DNA from: an uncultured Planctomycetota bacterium
GTDB taxonomy: Bacteria > Planctomycetota > Planctomycetia > Isosphaerales > Isosphaeraceae
Length of the DNA: 64,000 nucleotides
Direction of reading: 5' to 3'
Assembly (NCBI GenBank): GCA_963845755.1
Contig: CAWJTV010000033.1
Span: 352,001 to 416,000 of the forward strand
The notes beneath the pieces are model-generated. The model was given only the letters and a program-made list of their open reading frames with translations. It had not been told where the DNA came from and did not search any database. Made by a program: the position numbers and the translations under genes. Below are positions 52,834 to 64,000 of this stretch, piece after piece. Each line of letters starts with the position of its first letter. The stretch's first letter is position 1.

Positions 52834-55800
52834 ATGGCCGCCATCGCCGCCGAGAGCGACCTGCTCTTCGGCCTGCTTGCCCTGCAAAACGGCCTGATCG
52901 ACCAGATCCAGCTCGTCGCCGCCTTCCAGGCCTGGACGCGCGACCGCTCCCGCCCCCTAGCCGAGCACCTCGCCGCCCGTGGCGACCTCGACCCCGACCA
53001 GCGCGCCGGCGTCGAGGCCATGGTCGGGTTGCATCTGAAGAAGCACGGCGGGGACGCCGCCAAGAGCCTCGCCGCGATCCCCGCCGGGCGGTCCACCCGC
53101 GAGTCGCTCGCCGCGCTGGGCGACCCGGTGATCGAGAACACCCTCACCCAGCTCGCCTCAGGCTCCGACGGCGACGCCGACCGCACGGCCAGCTACGCTG
53201 TGGGCACGGCCACCGCTGACGGCCAGCGGTTCCGCGTGTTGCGGCCCCACGCCCGCGGCGGCCTGGGAGCCGTCTTTGTCGCCCTGGATACCGAGCTGCA
53301 CCGCGAGGTGGCGCTGAAGCAGATCCTCGACCAGCATGCCGACGACCCGGTCAGCCGCCAGCGGTTCTTGATCGAGGCCGAGATCACTGGGGGGCTCGAG
53401 CACCCGGGCGTTGTGCCGGTCTACGGCCTGGGCAGCTACCACGATGGCCGGCCCTATTACGCGATGCGGTTCATCAAAGGCGATAGTCTCAAGGAGGCGA
53501 TCGAGCAGTTCCACAGCGACGCGTCGCTCAAGGCGGACATCGGGCGGCGGTCGCTGGAGCTCCGCAAACTACTTCGTCGATTCCTCGACGTTTGCAACGC
53601 CGTCCACTATGCCCACTCGCGGGGCGTGCTCCATCGCGACATCAAGCCGGGGAATATCATCGTGGGCAAGCACGGCGAGACCCTGGTGGTTGACTGGGGG
53701 CTGGCCAAGCCGCTGGGACGGATCGAGCCGGGCAGCAACATCGGCGAGCGGACCTTCATGCCCTCCTCGGCTAGCGGCAGCGCCGAGACGCTGCCGGGCA
53801 GCGCTCTGGGGACGCCCGCGTACATGAGCCCCGAGCAGGCGGGCGGCGACCTGGACCGGCTGGGGCCGCGATCGGACGTCTACAGCTTGGGCGCGACGCT
53901 GTACTGCCTGCTGGTGAGGCGGCCGCCCTTGGCGGGTGACGACGTCGGCGAGATTCTCCGCCGGGTTCAGCGGGGCGAGTTTCCGCGGCCTCGGCAGCTC
54001 GAACCGTCGATCGACCCGGCGCTCCAGGCGATCTGCTTGAAGGCGATGGCGACGAAGCCGGAGGATCGTTACGCCACCGCCCGGCGCTGGCCGACCAAGT
54101 GGAGCGGTGGATGGCGGACGAGCCGGTGGACGCTTACCGCGAGCTGTTTTCACGGCAGGTGCGCCGGTGGGCGAAGCGAAACCGGACTGCGGTCACCGGC
54201 GCGGCGGTGGCTTTGCTGGCCGGGGTGGTCGGGCTGGCGGCGGTGCTCGCGGTGCAGACCAGGGCCAAGGGGGCGATCGCTCGGTCTCTGGTGAACGAGA
54301 CCCGGGCCAATGCCGCGCTGTCGGAAGCCAACCAGCGGGTGGAACAGCGGTACGCGCTGGCGACCGAGGCGATCAAGACTTTTCACACGGGCGTCAGCGA
54401 GGACTTCTTGCTCAAGGAGGAGAAGTTCAAGGACCTGCGCCAGCGGCTCTTGACATCGGCGGCCGACTTCTACGGCCGGCTGGGCGCCCTGCTGGGCCGG
54501 GAGACGGACTTGGCTTCGCGACGCGCGCTCAATCAAGCGACCTTCGAGCTGGCCGAATTGACCGCGAAGATCGGTCGTAAGGAGGATGCGCTCTCGACCC
54601 ACCGGAAGGTGCTATCGCGGCGCCGGGAGCTTGCGTCGGAGCCGGGGGCCGAGGCCGAGACCCGCGCCGACGTGGGCCGCAGCCTCACGAGCGTCGCATC
54701 GTTGCTGGAGGCGACCGGAGCGACGGACGAGGCGCTGGGAGCCTACCAAGAGGCCGAGCGCCGGCTGGCCGCACTGGCGCCCTCGACGCCGGAAACCCTG
54801 TCTGCGCTGGCGGACTGTCGTTCGCGTCTAGGCTGGTTCCTCTCGACGATCGGCCGCTCGGAAGAGGCGCTTGCCGTGTACCGTCTGGCGCGTGTCGACC
54901 AGGAATCGCTGGCCGAACTCCCGAGCGCCGCCAACGAGGCCCGGCGCGACCTCTCCGCCACGATAAACCGGCTTGGCGCCCTCCTGTGGCAAACAGGCAA
55001 GCCAGCGGAGGCGGAGGCCGAGTTCCGACAGGCCCTTGCGATCCGGCAGAAGCTGGCCGACGACAACCCCGCCGTCACGGAATTCCGCAGCGCCCTGGCG
55101 CAGAGCCACTTCAATCTCGGCATCCTCCTCTCCCAGACGGGCAAGCTTTCGGCGGCGGAGGCCGGGCACCGGAACGCCCTGGCGATCCGGCAGAAGCTGG
55201 CCGACGACAACCCCGCTGTCACCCTATTTCGCAGCGACCTGGCGATGAGCCACGTCTGCCTTGGCATCCTCCTGTCGCAGACCGGCAAGCCGTCTGAGGC
55301 GGAGGCCGAGCACCGGAAGGCGCTGGCGATCGAGCAGAAGCTGGCCGACGACAACCCCGCCGTCACTCAATTCCGCAGTGCCCTGGCGTACAGCCACGAA
55401 GCCCTCGGCTACCTCCTGTTCCCGACGGGCAAGGCAGCGGAGGCGGAGACCGAGTACCGTAAGGCCCTGGCGATCCGGCAGAAGCTGGCCGACGACAACC
55501 CCGCTGTCACCGAATTCCGCAACGCCCTGGCCGACTGCCATAGCAATCTCGGCTGCATTCTGCCCCAGACGGGCAAGCCGGCGGCGGCGGAGTCCGAGCA
55601 CCAGAAGGCCCTGGCGATCCGGCAGAAGCTGGCCGAGGCCGAGCCGGGAAATCCGGCGTGGCGGAATGCAATCGGCGTGAGCTTGACCAGCCTCGGCGAC
55701 GTCGACACGGAGGCGGGTCGCTTCGACACGGCGATTGCCCGATTCCGGGAGAGCCTCGCGATTCACGAGCGGCTCGCCCACGACCACCCCACGATAAGCG

Positions 55801-56198
55801 CCTACCGAAGGGAACTGGCCTCCGCCCTGACCGGACTGGGGCGCGCCGAGCACCGCGCCGGCCGCCGGGCCGCCGCGGTCGAGCCCCTTAAAAGGGCGGC
55901 CACGCTATGGGAGGCGATCGCCGAGCCGGACATCGAAGCCCGCTACGAGCTAGCTCGCAATTACACCCTGCTCGCGGCGGCCGCCGCCGACTCCAGGTCC
56001 GGTCTCTCCGCCGCCTACACCGCGGCCACCGCCGACCGGGCCGTGGCCGCCCTGCGCCAGGCCGTCGCCGCGGGCTTTCACGACCTGGCCAAGCTTCGCA
56101 CGGACCCCGACCTGGCGCCGCTCCGAGACCGGGATGACTTCCGGCTGCTGCTCTTGGACCTGGAGATGCCGGTCGAGCCGTTCGCCGCGGCACGATGA
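52834..56198 (+). CDS. Ser/Thr protein kinase with C-terminal TPR repeats (frameshift near 54090)
   Basis: HARGGLG, VALK, HRDIKPGN, DWGLAK, GTPAYMSPEQ; TM helix; 48-aa repeats QKLADDNPAVT. Confidence 0.92.
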
Positions 56199-56885
56199 GC
56201 GACCCGGTGAAGGGAAGCGTCGGGTGCGCATTTCCTGTACAAAGGCGCACCTGCGCGCAGGAGAGAACTTGCCCAGTTTGAGGTAGAACTCGAGGAATTC
56301 CACGGTGGGCAAGCCTCCGTTCCGTGGCGTACGACGCATCAGCATCGGCTGGAAGACGCAAGGATTGCGACTTTCAAGACCAAAGGCGCAGGAGTTACTC
56401 AACATTTCCTGAACTCTCGGACACGAGAGGCCGTTGGTTCTCGACCATTTCCTTCTTCGGAAGGCCACAGGCAGGGCGGGCCAGAAAGCGATAAGAGTCC
56501 AAGTCCAAACTAGCTCATGTCAGTCAAGGACCGAGGTGATCAATCCGGCATGGGGACTCCTCGTTCGATCGAAACGAGGAACCAAATCGATGCCCGCATG
56601 GCTCTCCAGTGGAACAAGACAAAGGACGAAACGGCTTTTGGAAAGCGTTTCACAAGGAAGACCAGGATCGAGGACGGCTCTTGTGGCTCTCTCCAAACGA
56701 TCGAAATTGGCTCTGATTTCGGCTCTCCCTCACATTTGATGATCCACGACCGCAAACTCGCGCAGGAGTCCGCCATCTGAACGGGATTCTCGGTCGTTCC
56801 GGGCCTGTGTGGCACCAGCGTCATCAGGAGTGCGGGAGAACCCTGATTTCCTGATCGGTGTCACCAGACCGCTTAAGTGGATGAT

Positions 56886-57461
56886 TCACGGACCGGGGAT
56901 CTGCCGGATCCACAAGTCCGCCTCGGGCATTGTCGGCGTCGGCCGGAAGTGCGCGAAGGTCTGGATGTCGGTCAGGACACGGATGAGGGTTGTGCGATCT
57001 GGCCGGATTGTGACGGCCCAGGCCTTAATCAACTCGGGGCACGACAACGCGGTCAGTCCCGCCTGGCAGGCAACGCGGATTGCCTTGCGGTCGTCGGTCG
57101 CCACGGGCCATCCCCGAGCCTCGGCGATGGCCAGGCACATGGCTTCGCCGTCGGAACGGAACCGGGCGGCGTAATCGACGAATCGGGCCTGCTCCTGGAG
57201 GTCATCGGGCTGACACAAGGTCAGCACGCCGGAAGAGAGCAAGGGAGTCAGATTAGCCGGGACCGCGATGACGTGACCCGGCTGCGCCGGGTCATGCTGC
57301 CGTACGTATTGGACCTCACCCTGCACGGCGACAGGTAGATGCCAGGCGAACCGGGTGGCTCGCAGGATCTCCTCGGCCCGCCCCGATGCCAGCAGGTCGA
57401 TCAGGCAACAGGCGTCGATCGTGGCTGGTGTTGAAGGCGTCGTGCGTCGTTTACGGCTCAC
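56886..57461 (-). CDS. PIN domain protein
   Basis: IDACCLIDL, DGEAMCLAIA, VATDDRKA. Confidence 0.8.
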   Translation of the reverse strand: MSRKRRTTPSTPATIDACCLIDLLASGRAEEILRATRFAWHLPVAVQGEVQYVRQHDPAQPGHVIAVPANLTPLLSSGVLTLCQPDDLQEQARFVDYAARFRSDGEAMCLAIAEARGWPVATDDRKAIRVACQAGLTALSCPELIKAWAVTIRPDRTTLIRVLTDIQTFAHFRPTPTMPEADLWIRQIPGP

Positions 57462-58684
57462 CGGGTCTGATCCAGCAAAGAAAACGGAAAGTCCATCTTG
57501 ATCGTTCGCTCTTCACCCGAAGGCTCGATCTCGCGACTGCTCAGGGTCTGAGCCACGATCTCACGAGCCGTCACCACGTCGCACCGCAGGTAATGGGCGA
57601 GGTCGCTATCGCCGAGATCCCCGCGCTCATACGCCGAGACGGCGAGATATCGGTAGCGCTCCGGGACGATGTCGTCGTTCACGGGGTGCGAGGGCAGGCC
57701 CAGCATCGCTTCGGCCTTGCGTGGGGCGAATTGCGACTCCTTCAAATGCTCCCACATCCCCCTGGAGATCAGGCCCAATTCCTCGACGCGCAGGGTCATC
57801 GCTTCCAGGGAGACGCAGTACGAGTGCTTCATGCGGCAGAGGTCGGCAACCCGGAAGTCGCCGGTCGTCGCCACCGTCTCCTGGAACTGTTCCCGGACGG
57901 AGGTGGCGGGCATGAGGAAGCTCAGGGCGAACGCCTCGGCGAACCGCTCGTTGGCGGGCTTTCGGCCCGGAGCGGTCAGGTAATCGATGCCCGGCTTGTA
58001 GCGATCGGAGCTCAGCAGAAGGTGGCCATATTCATGAAGCATCGAGACCCGCCGCCGCTCGGGAGGATGCTTGCGATTGATCAAGATGCACGCCCCGAGC
58101 TCGCTCGAATAGGCATACATCCCCGCGATATTCGAGGGCAGATCGCCGGAGCAAAAAATCCGGAGACCGACCAGCCGTTCGAGCGTATTGCGCAGGGAGA
58201 TCACCGGCTGGTCGCCTAGCCCAAGGCGCTTCCGCTCCTGCTCCGCGGCAACTTCGGCCTGCTCGGTCGGGTCAATCCTCGGGTTGAGCGCGACCTCCGG
58301 CGGATAGGTGGTCCGGAGCGGGGCATTCATGATCCGCTCGAGCTCACGATAATCCTCGGCGAGTGCCTGGAATTGATCGATGGCGGCGTTCAGGCCGGTC
58401 CGCTCTGCCGGCTTCATGCGGTCCACTACGGCCCGCAGATGAGGCTGCAAGTCCGTCACCGGCTCCCCCGGCCTGACCAGTTGGTTGACCTTCCGGCCGA
58501 AGTACGAGGCGAGCTTAATGATCTCGTCGGGCTTGACTGGGCGCTCGCCCTTCTCGATGGCGATATACGTCGGCCGGCTGTAACCGAGGAACTCGGCGAC
58601 ATCCTCCTGCGTCTTGCCGCGAGCCTTGCGAGCCTCGACGATCCGCTGGCCGAGCACGCGGGGATCGATCTCAAGCGAAAGCAC
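57458..58684 (-). CDS. XRE HTH + ImmA/IrrE (M78) metallopeptidase
   Basis: TQEDVAEFLGYSRPTYIAIEKGER HTH; RRRVSMLHEYGH; ERFAEAFALSFLMP; overlaps the PIN gene start. Confidence 0.88.
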   Translation of the reverse strand: MLSLEIDPRVLGQRIVEARKARGKTQEDVAEFLGYSRPTYIAIEKGERPVKPDEIIKLASYFGRKVNQLVRPGEPVTDLQPHLRAVVDRMKPAERTGLNAAIDQFQALAEDYRELERIMNAPLRTTYPPEVALNPRIDPTEQAEVAAEQERKRLGLGDQPVISLRNTLERLVGLRIFCSGDLPSNIAGMYAYSSELGACILINRKHPPERRRVSMLHEYGHLLLSSDRYKPGIDYLTAPGRKPANERFAEAFALSFLMPATSVREQFQETVATTGDFRVADLCRMKHSYCVSLEAMTLRVEELGLISRGMWEHLKESQFAPRKAEAMLGLPSHPVNDDIVPERYRYLAVSAYERGDLGDSDLAHYLRCDVVTAREIVAQTLSSREIEPSGEERTIKMDFPFSLLDQTR

Positions 58685-59079
58685 GATTCGCTCCTTGCCC
58701 GATGGTGACGCGGGCCGGTAATGAGTCCACAAGACGACGTGGAAAGTCACTGCCGAAATCGTTTTGTGGATCCAGGAAATCGAGGCCGAAATCGTTCTTG
58801 GCCGCGATGACTCTGACTTGAGGATCACCAGCACCACTGTACCAAACTCGATAAGTCATTGGTCGCTGACTGATCGCTCGGCGTCCATCGAAATGGGTGA
58901 GAAACCTCCTGAAGCCGTAGAACGATTATGGGCGAGGACATTTTACAATGTCAATCAAGATCTCTGGAGATTTCTAAACTTTGTAAAAATCCCGAGACGG
59001 ATTGGGCTCGGAGTTTGTCCCGAAAGTCCGCGTAGCTGGCGGTATTGCGAGAGCCTGGCGTGTCAACCGGACCCGAATC

Positions 59080-59802
59080 TCACATCGGAAGCAGGAGGAA
59101 ATACACGGCCGCGAGGATCCAGAACCATCCGAGCGTCCGCCCCGCGCGATCGAGCCAATTCCGCTCGGGACGCCATCTCCCGGCGAGGATCAGTGCGAGC
59201 CATGAGCCCGCGACGACGAGGCCGGCATGACGGGGCATGCCGTCGAGCATGTTGAAGAAAGGGGCGTCGAGATCCCGAGGGGGCCAGTCACTCGAGGAAA
59301 GGTGCCGCATCTCCACCTCCCGGACATCGGTCTTGTACCAGACGTTGGTTTGCAGGAATCAGGTCGGGCCGAGGGTTGCGAGAACCAATTCGAAGGGCAG
59401 CACGACCGTCGCGGCGAGACAGGCAACGGCACCGGGCCGTCGCACGCGGCCGAAACGCCAGGTACGTCCGCCCCGCCTCGAGCGGTAGAGGAGATAGACC
59501 ATCCACGGGCAGGCCACACCCGTCACGACATACAACGCGGTCGCGACCACCGAGCGAGCGGATCGATAGAGAGGGCTGTCGCCAACCGGGTTGGGCGGAG
59601 TATAAGCCCATCCCCGAATCCGACTCGAAGACCAGTAGCCGCTGACGGTCAAGGGAATTCGGATTGACCACCCCGGAATACGACCCGCCCGCTGGCGGAT
59701 CGACTGCCATTCGCCGCGCACCCACGCCAGGCCGATCGCGGTGAGCGCGACCGCGAGGATCACATCGTGGACCCGATAGAGCGAGTGCCTGGAACGCGGC
59801 AT
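59080..59802 (-). CDS. hypothetical membrane protein (frameshift near 59360)
   Basis: DVILAVALTAIGLAW; RRPGAVAC; WLALILAGRWRPERNWLDRAGRTLGWFW. Confidence 0.6.
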
Positions 59803-60023
59803 GGTCCTCCTCCGCGATGTGAGCGATTCACACCCGACCATGATCTTCTCATCCGGTACCATCCGGTTCAATCGCCCGCGAGGAATGCCGAGCTTCCGAA
59901 CGACCTTCGTTGCGGATCAGCGGGGAGCGATCGGATATACTATCGGGAGGTGTCGGGGTCGCGGTGCTCGGCGACGAGATTCCCGGTCTGGGTGAGGAGT
60001 GCCTGCGCCGGCGGATCGCCGAG

Positions 60024-63000
60024 ATGGCCTCTGGTGAGGTATCGGGGATGACGACGGCTGGGGGGCGTGTCGGTGCGGCGCTGGTGATCGGGGTCGGCCA
60101 GTACCTGCACTCGGAGCAGGTCTGGCCACTCCGGTTCGCCGCGCGCGATGCGGAGGCAGTGGGGGGCATCCTGATCGATGCCGAGACGTGCGGCTTCCCC
60201 TCCCAAAGGGTCAAGGTGCTCACAGATTCAGACGCAGGCCGCGACGCCGTCGCCCAACACCTCTCCAAGTGGCTGCCCGAACAGGCCAGGGGGGCCGAGA
60301 TCGCCGTGATCTACTTCGCCGGACACGGGACGGTCCACGCCGTCGGGCGGCGCGAGGAAGGTTATCTGCTCCCCTATGACGCGGATCCTGAGGATCTCGT
60401 AACCCGGGGAATCCTCATGACGGACCTGGCGGTGCTGGATCGAGGCGATCGCCGCTCCCACGGTCGTGGTCTGCCTGGACTGCTGCCACGCTGCCAAGGT
60501 CATCGCGCGGAGCGGATTGCCGGCAGGAGCCGCCATGCGGGATATGCGAATCCGGCCGGCGATGCTCGAGTCGCTGGCCGGCCGGGGGCGATATCTGATC
60601 GCCTCGTGCGACGACGGGCAGGTCTCCGTCGAGGCCGAGACGTGGGGACACGGGCTCTTCACCTATCACCTCCTGGAAGGCATCCGCGGGGCGGGCGACC
60701 GCGACGGCGATGGAAAGGTGGGTCTCGCCGAACTTTTCGAATACGTCGCGGAAGCTGTGGAGCGGGATGCCCAAGCCGTCGGCGTCGTGCAGCGGCCCTG
60801 GAGCAGCTCGATCGGGCCGGGAGGCGCCTTCCTCGCCACGCCTCCTCCCGTGGGGCCGCTCGGCGCCGCCCCGCAGAACATCACCGAGCCACCGCCGTGG
60901 GTCGAGATGGGCGACCGCGACTGCGACGATACGAATGTCTTTGACGTACGGGAGGGGCAGCCCAGGCCGATCGACGCCGTGATCGCCCGGCTGGCCGAGC
61001 TGCGTCGCACGCGCGACCCGGCGGCGGTGCCCGAGATCTTCGGCGGGCTGGTGCATGCGTCGGACGTCGTCCGGGACGAAGCCAAGAAGGCCGCCCTGCG
61101 CCCTGGGCTGGGAGAAGACCTCGACGGCGGTCCTCGCCCTGGCCCGCCAGGGCGGCGGGACCGCGCTCCGGACGATCCTCGAAGGCCTCGCCGCGTTCGA
61201 GTCGCATCGCGACGTCGTGGCGCTCCTGGACCGCCTGGTGGTCTTCCTCGGGGGCGACCTGCGCACCCAGGCGATCCTGATACTCGATCGTAAGCGGTTG
61301 GTCCTGGGGATGGAGAAGGCCGCCGCGGTCTTCCGCGCGATCCAGAGCCCGCTCCGGCTGACCCGCGTGCTCGGACAGGGCCTGTTCACGTCGGCCTATG
61401 CGGCGACCGACGAGGACGACGAGTTCGGAGTCGTCGTCCGGGTGCTGCGGCCCGAGTTCGCCGGCCAGCCCACGATCCGGACGAAGTTCCTCGACATCGG
61501 CCGACAGTCCCGGAAGATCGTCCATCAGAACCTCGTGTTGACCCGCGAGGTCCGCGCTTTCCCCGAACATGACCTCTATTTCGTGGTCCGCGATCATGTT
61601 GACGGGACAACGTTGCATTCCTCGCTCTTCGCGGGCTGTTCCTATCGCCAGCCCGAAATCGTCTCGATCTTGAAGCGAGTCACCGCGGCGCTGGACGCGC
61701 TCCATTCATCGGGAATGGTCCATGGCGGTGTCAAGCCATCCAACATCTTCCTGGCGAGTGACGGTCGCGTCGTGCTCGGCGATCCGATGCTCCCGATCCC
61801 GGCCCTGGGAGCCTCGATGGAGCGATTGTCCTACGATTACCGATACGCCGCGCCTGAGTTGTTCCAGGGGACCGGTGCGGGCGGACCGGCCGCCGACCTC
61901 TACAGCCTGGGGTGCGTCGCCTACGAACTGGCCTGCGGCCGGCCGCCGTTCGTCGCCGACAACCCGTTCGAGCTCGCGGCGATGCACCTGCACTCGCCGT
62001 TAGAGCCGCCCCGTCATCACCGGAGCCGGCTCGGCTCCGGCGATGCCCTGCTCCTGAAACTGCTCGCGAAGGCGCCGTCCGATCGCCACGCGACGGCCCG
62101 AGATCTTCTCCGCGACCTCGACGGGCTTCAGCCGGGATTCGTGGACGTGTCCGACTTGCCGGGCCCTGGCTGGGATGCCTGCACGGGACTGGGTAGGCTC
62201 CAGCCGGGATTCGTGGAAGCATCCAACTTGCCGGACGACGCTGCCGGAAGTCGCCTTGATGACCTGGATAGCCGCCGCGAACAGGAGCTGAGGGCGATCG
62301 ACGACCCCTCAAGCCTCGAGAGTTCCCAAATCGGGACGCCCGGATCATCGGCTCCGGCCACTCGGGAACCGACTCCGTCACCGGAACCGCGGACGCCACG
62401 ACCGGAGGCGGAAGCCCTCGATTCTTCGGTCTCTGGCGTTCCCATTTCCCAACGACTCCAGGATGCCGTATCGATCGTCTCGTTCGATCCCAACACCATG
62501 GCACCGTCAACGGGGGCGACTCCCGGACCGGCCCGGGTCGGCCTGGAGTCTCTCCCGCATCGGCTCGGCCGTTACGAGATCATCCGGCTGCTCGGCCGCG
62601 GCGGCATGGGGTCGGTTTACCTCGCCCTGGACCTGAGCTTGCGCCGCCAGGTCGCACTCAAGGTCATGGAGGGTGCCGGCCCGACCGTTGGAAATGCGAT
62701 GAAACGCTTCCTCCGCGAGGCACGGGCCGTGGCCGGCCTGCGCCATCCGGGGATCATGCAGATCTACGATATCGGCAAAGAGGAGGACACGCTGTTTCTT
62801 GCCCTGGAGTACGTCGGCGGCGGGACCCTGTCTGGGCTGTTGCGGAGTCGAGGGCCGATGGAGCCGGAGTCGGCCGCTCGGCTGGTACTGGGACTCGCTC
62901 AGGCGGTCCAGTCGGCGCACGAGCAGGGGGTCATCCATCGTGATCTCAAACCCGCGAATATCCTCATGACCGAGAATGGTCTGACCAAGATCTCGGACTT

Positions 63001-63557
63001 CGGTCTCGCGCGGCTCGCTTACCAGATCGAAGCGGACGAGGTGCGGACGGAGGTCGGCCGGCCGATCGGCACGCCCGGCTACATGGCTCCGGAGCAGGTC
63101 CGCGGGGATCCCCAGGAGATCGGAAGCGCCCACGGATGTTTATGGCCTGGGGACGATTCTCTACGAGTGCCTCACCCAGCGCCGCCCCTTCCAGGGCGAA
63201 TCGATGATCGCCACGCTCCACAGAGTCCTCGGCGAGGCGCCCGTTCCGCCCCGTCAGATCCAACCTGGGATCCCGAGACCTCTGGAGCGGATCTGCCTGA
63301 CATGCCTGGAGAAGGACCCGGGCCGGCGTTACGCGAGTGCGAGTGACCTCGCCCGAGCACTCGAGCAGTTTCTCGGCGGCCAGGGGGTGGATGAGCCTGT
63401 CGAGGAGGGCGCGACCCCACCGGCGGCGAGCCAATCCCCGCCGGACCAGAACAGGCGAGACCCGGTCGGAGTTGACCGCCCGGGGCTCTGGGATCGGTTT
63501 CGTCGGTGGTGGGTCGGGACGAATCCGTCGCGCCCGCCGGGCCAATCCGACCGATGA
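60024..63557 (+). CDS. caspase-like (C14) peptidase fused to a helical region, a degenerate kinase and an intact Ser/Thr kinase (frameshifted)
   Basis: ALVIGVGQY, YFAGHG, LDCCHA, GHGLFT; HGGVKPSN kinase-like domain; GRGGMG, VALK, HRDLKPAN, DFG, GTPGYMAPEQ. Confidence 0.8.
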
Positions 63558-63561
63558 CCAC

Positions 63562-64000
63562 TCACCCTTCGTGTTCGAGCTCCAGGACCACCGCGTGCCA
63601 GTCCCCGGGCTGGAGTTGCTGGACCGACTGTTGAACGCGTTTCATGTCGCGGGTCGCGATATAGGGCCGGGATGCGGGCGTCTTCTTCCCCTTCGGTTCG
63701 ACCAAGCTGTGCAGCCGATCGAGGCGGAGCGGCAGGGGCTGGCGGCTCCAGACGGCGAACAGCCGCTCCGGCCCGGCCGGGGGCGTCATCTCGACGTCCA
63801 GGACCTGGATCGTCTTGTTCGCCGGGATCAGCGGCGCCGTGAACATGCCGCTCACCGCCGAGTCGTCGGGATAGAGGAGGCTCAAGTTGCCGGTCGGTCC
63901 GACGTTGAAGACCGTGATGTAACCCGCGCGGTCGGCCACGGTCTCGATCCGCATGCGATCGCCGGTCCGGAGTCGAACCTGCTCCGGGGGCGGCGGGACC
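63562..64000 (-). CDS. DUF4384 domain protein, C-terminal part (runs off window)
   Basis: GDRMRIETVADRAGYITVFNVGPTGNLSLLYP..PPAGPERLFAVWSRQPL. Confidence 0.75.
   Translation of the reverse strand, partial: VPPPPEQVRLRTGDRMRIETVADRAGYITVFNVGPTGNLSLLYPDDSAVSGMFTAPLIPANKTIQVLDVEMTPPAGPERLFAVWSRQPLPLRLDRLHSLVEPKGKKTPASRPYIATRDMKRVQQSVQQLQPGDWHAVVLELEHEG

Noticed and set aside
54970..55640. CRISPR-like periodic repeats
   Set aside because: They are coding TPR repeats with a 144-bp period; there are no unique spacers or cas genes.
56200..56880. short ORFs in a lower-GC spacer
   Set aside because: No recognisable domain or convincing RBS; possibly a decayed remnant.

Overview
GC-rich bacterial DNA, most likely from a planctomycete of the Isosphaeraceae/Singulisphaera type. 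This is inferred from LExRxLL leader proteins, DUF4058, a PEP-CTERM protein, a PVC heme-protein remnant and Ser/Thr kinase-TPR genes. Many genes, including housekeeping ones (fabD, plsX, glgX), carry single-base frameshifts, which probably reflect long-read indel errors. In order, the window holds: (1) an NHLP/RiPP export locus with an HlyD-like protein and apparently fused C39-peptidase ABC transporters; (2) cyaB and a PEP-CTERM gene; (3) a ~11.6 kb candidate nucleotide-centred conflict/signalling island with a non-canonical PfkA, tandem NUDIX-like protein, APH-like kinase, TPR-sensor, TPR protein, FAD oxidoreductase plus two NDT/TIR-like domains, SLATT-like protein, RyR-domain protein and PGDYG-like protein; (4) glgX, amidohydrolases, Uma2, fabD, plsX and DUF4058; (5) the core block ffs-dnaX-ybaB-recR-rpoN, a polyprenyl synthetase, moaC, GT39 and TerC; (6) a sigma-like protein, Gfo/Idh/MocA, patatin, CocE, kinase-TPR, an HTH-IrrE/PIN pair, a caspase-kinase fusion and DUF4384. 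The most striking direct observation is a ~290 bp MITE-like element with terminal inverted repeats and a target-site duplication, inserted in frame (+98 codons) in the FAD/NDT gene. A second in-frame palindromic insertion lies in the DUF4058 gene.
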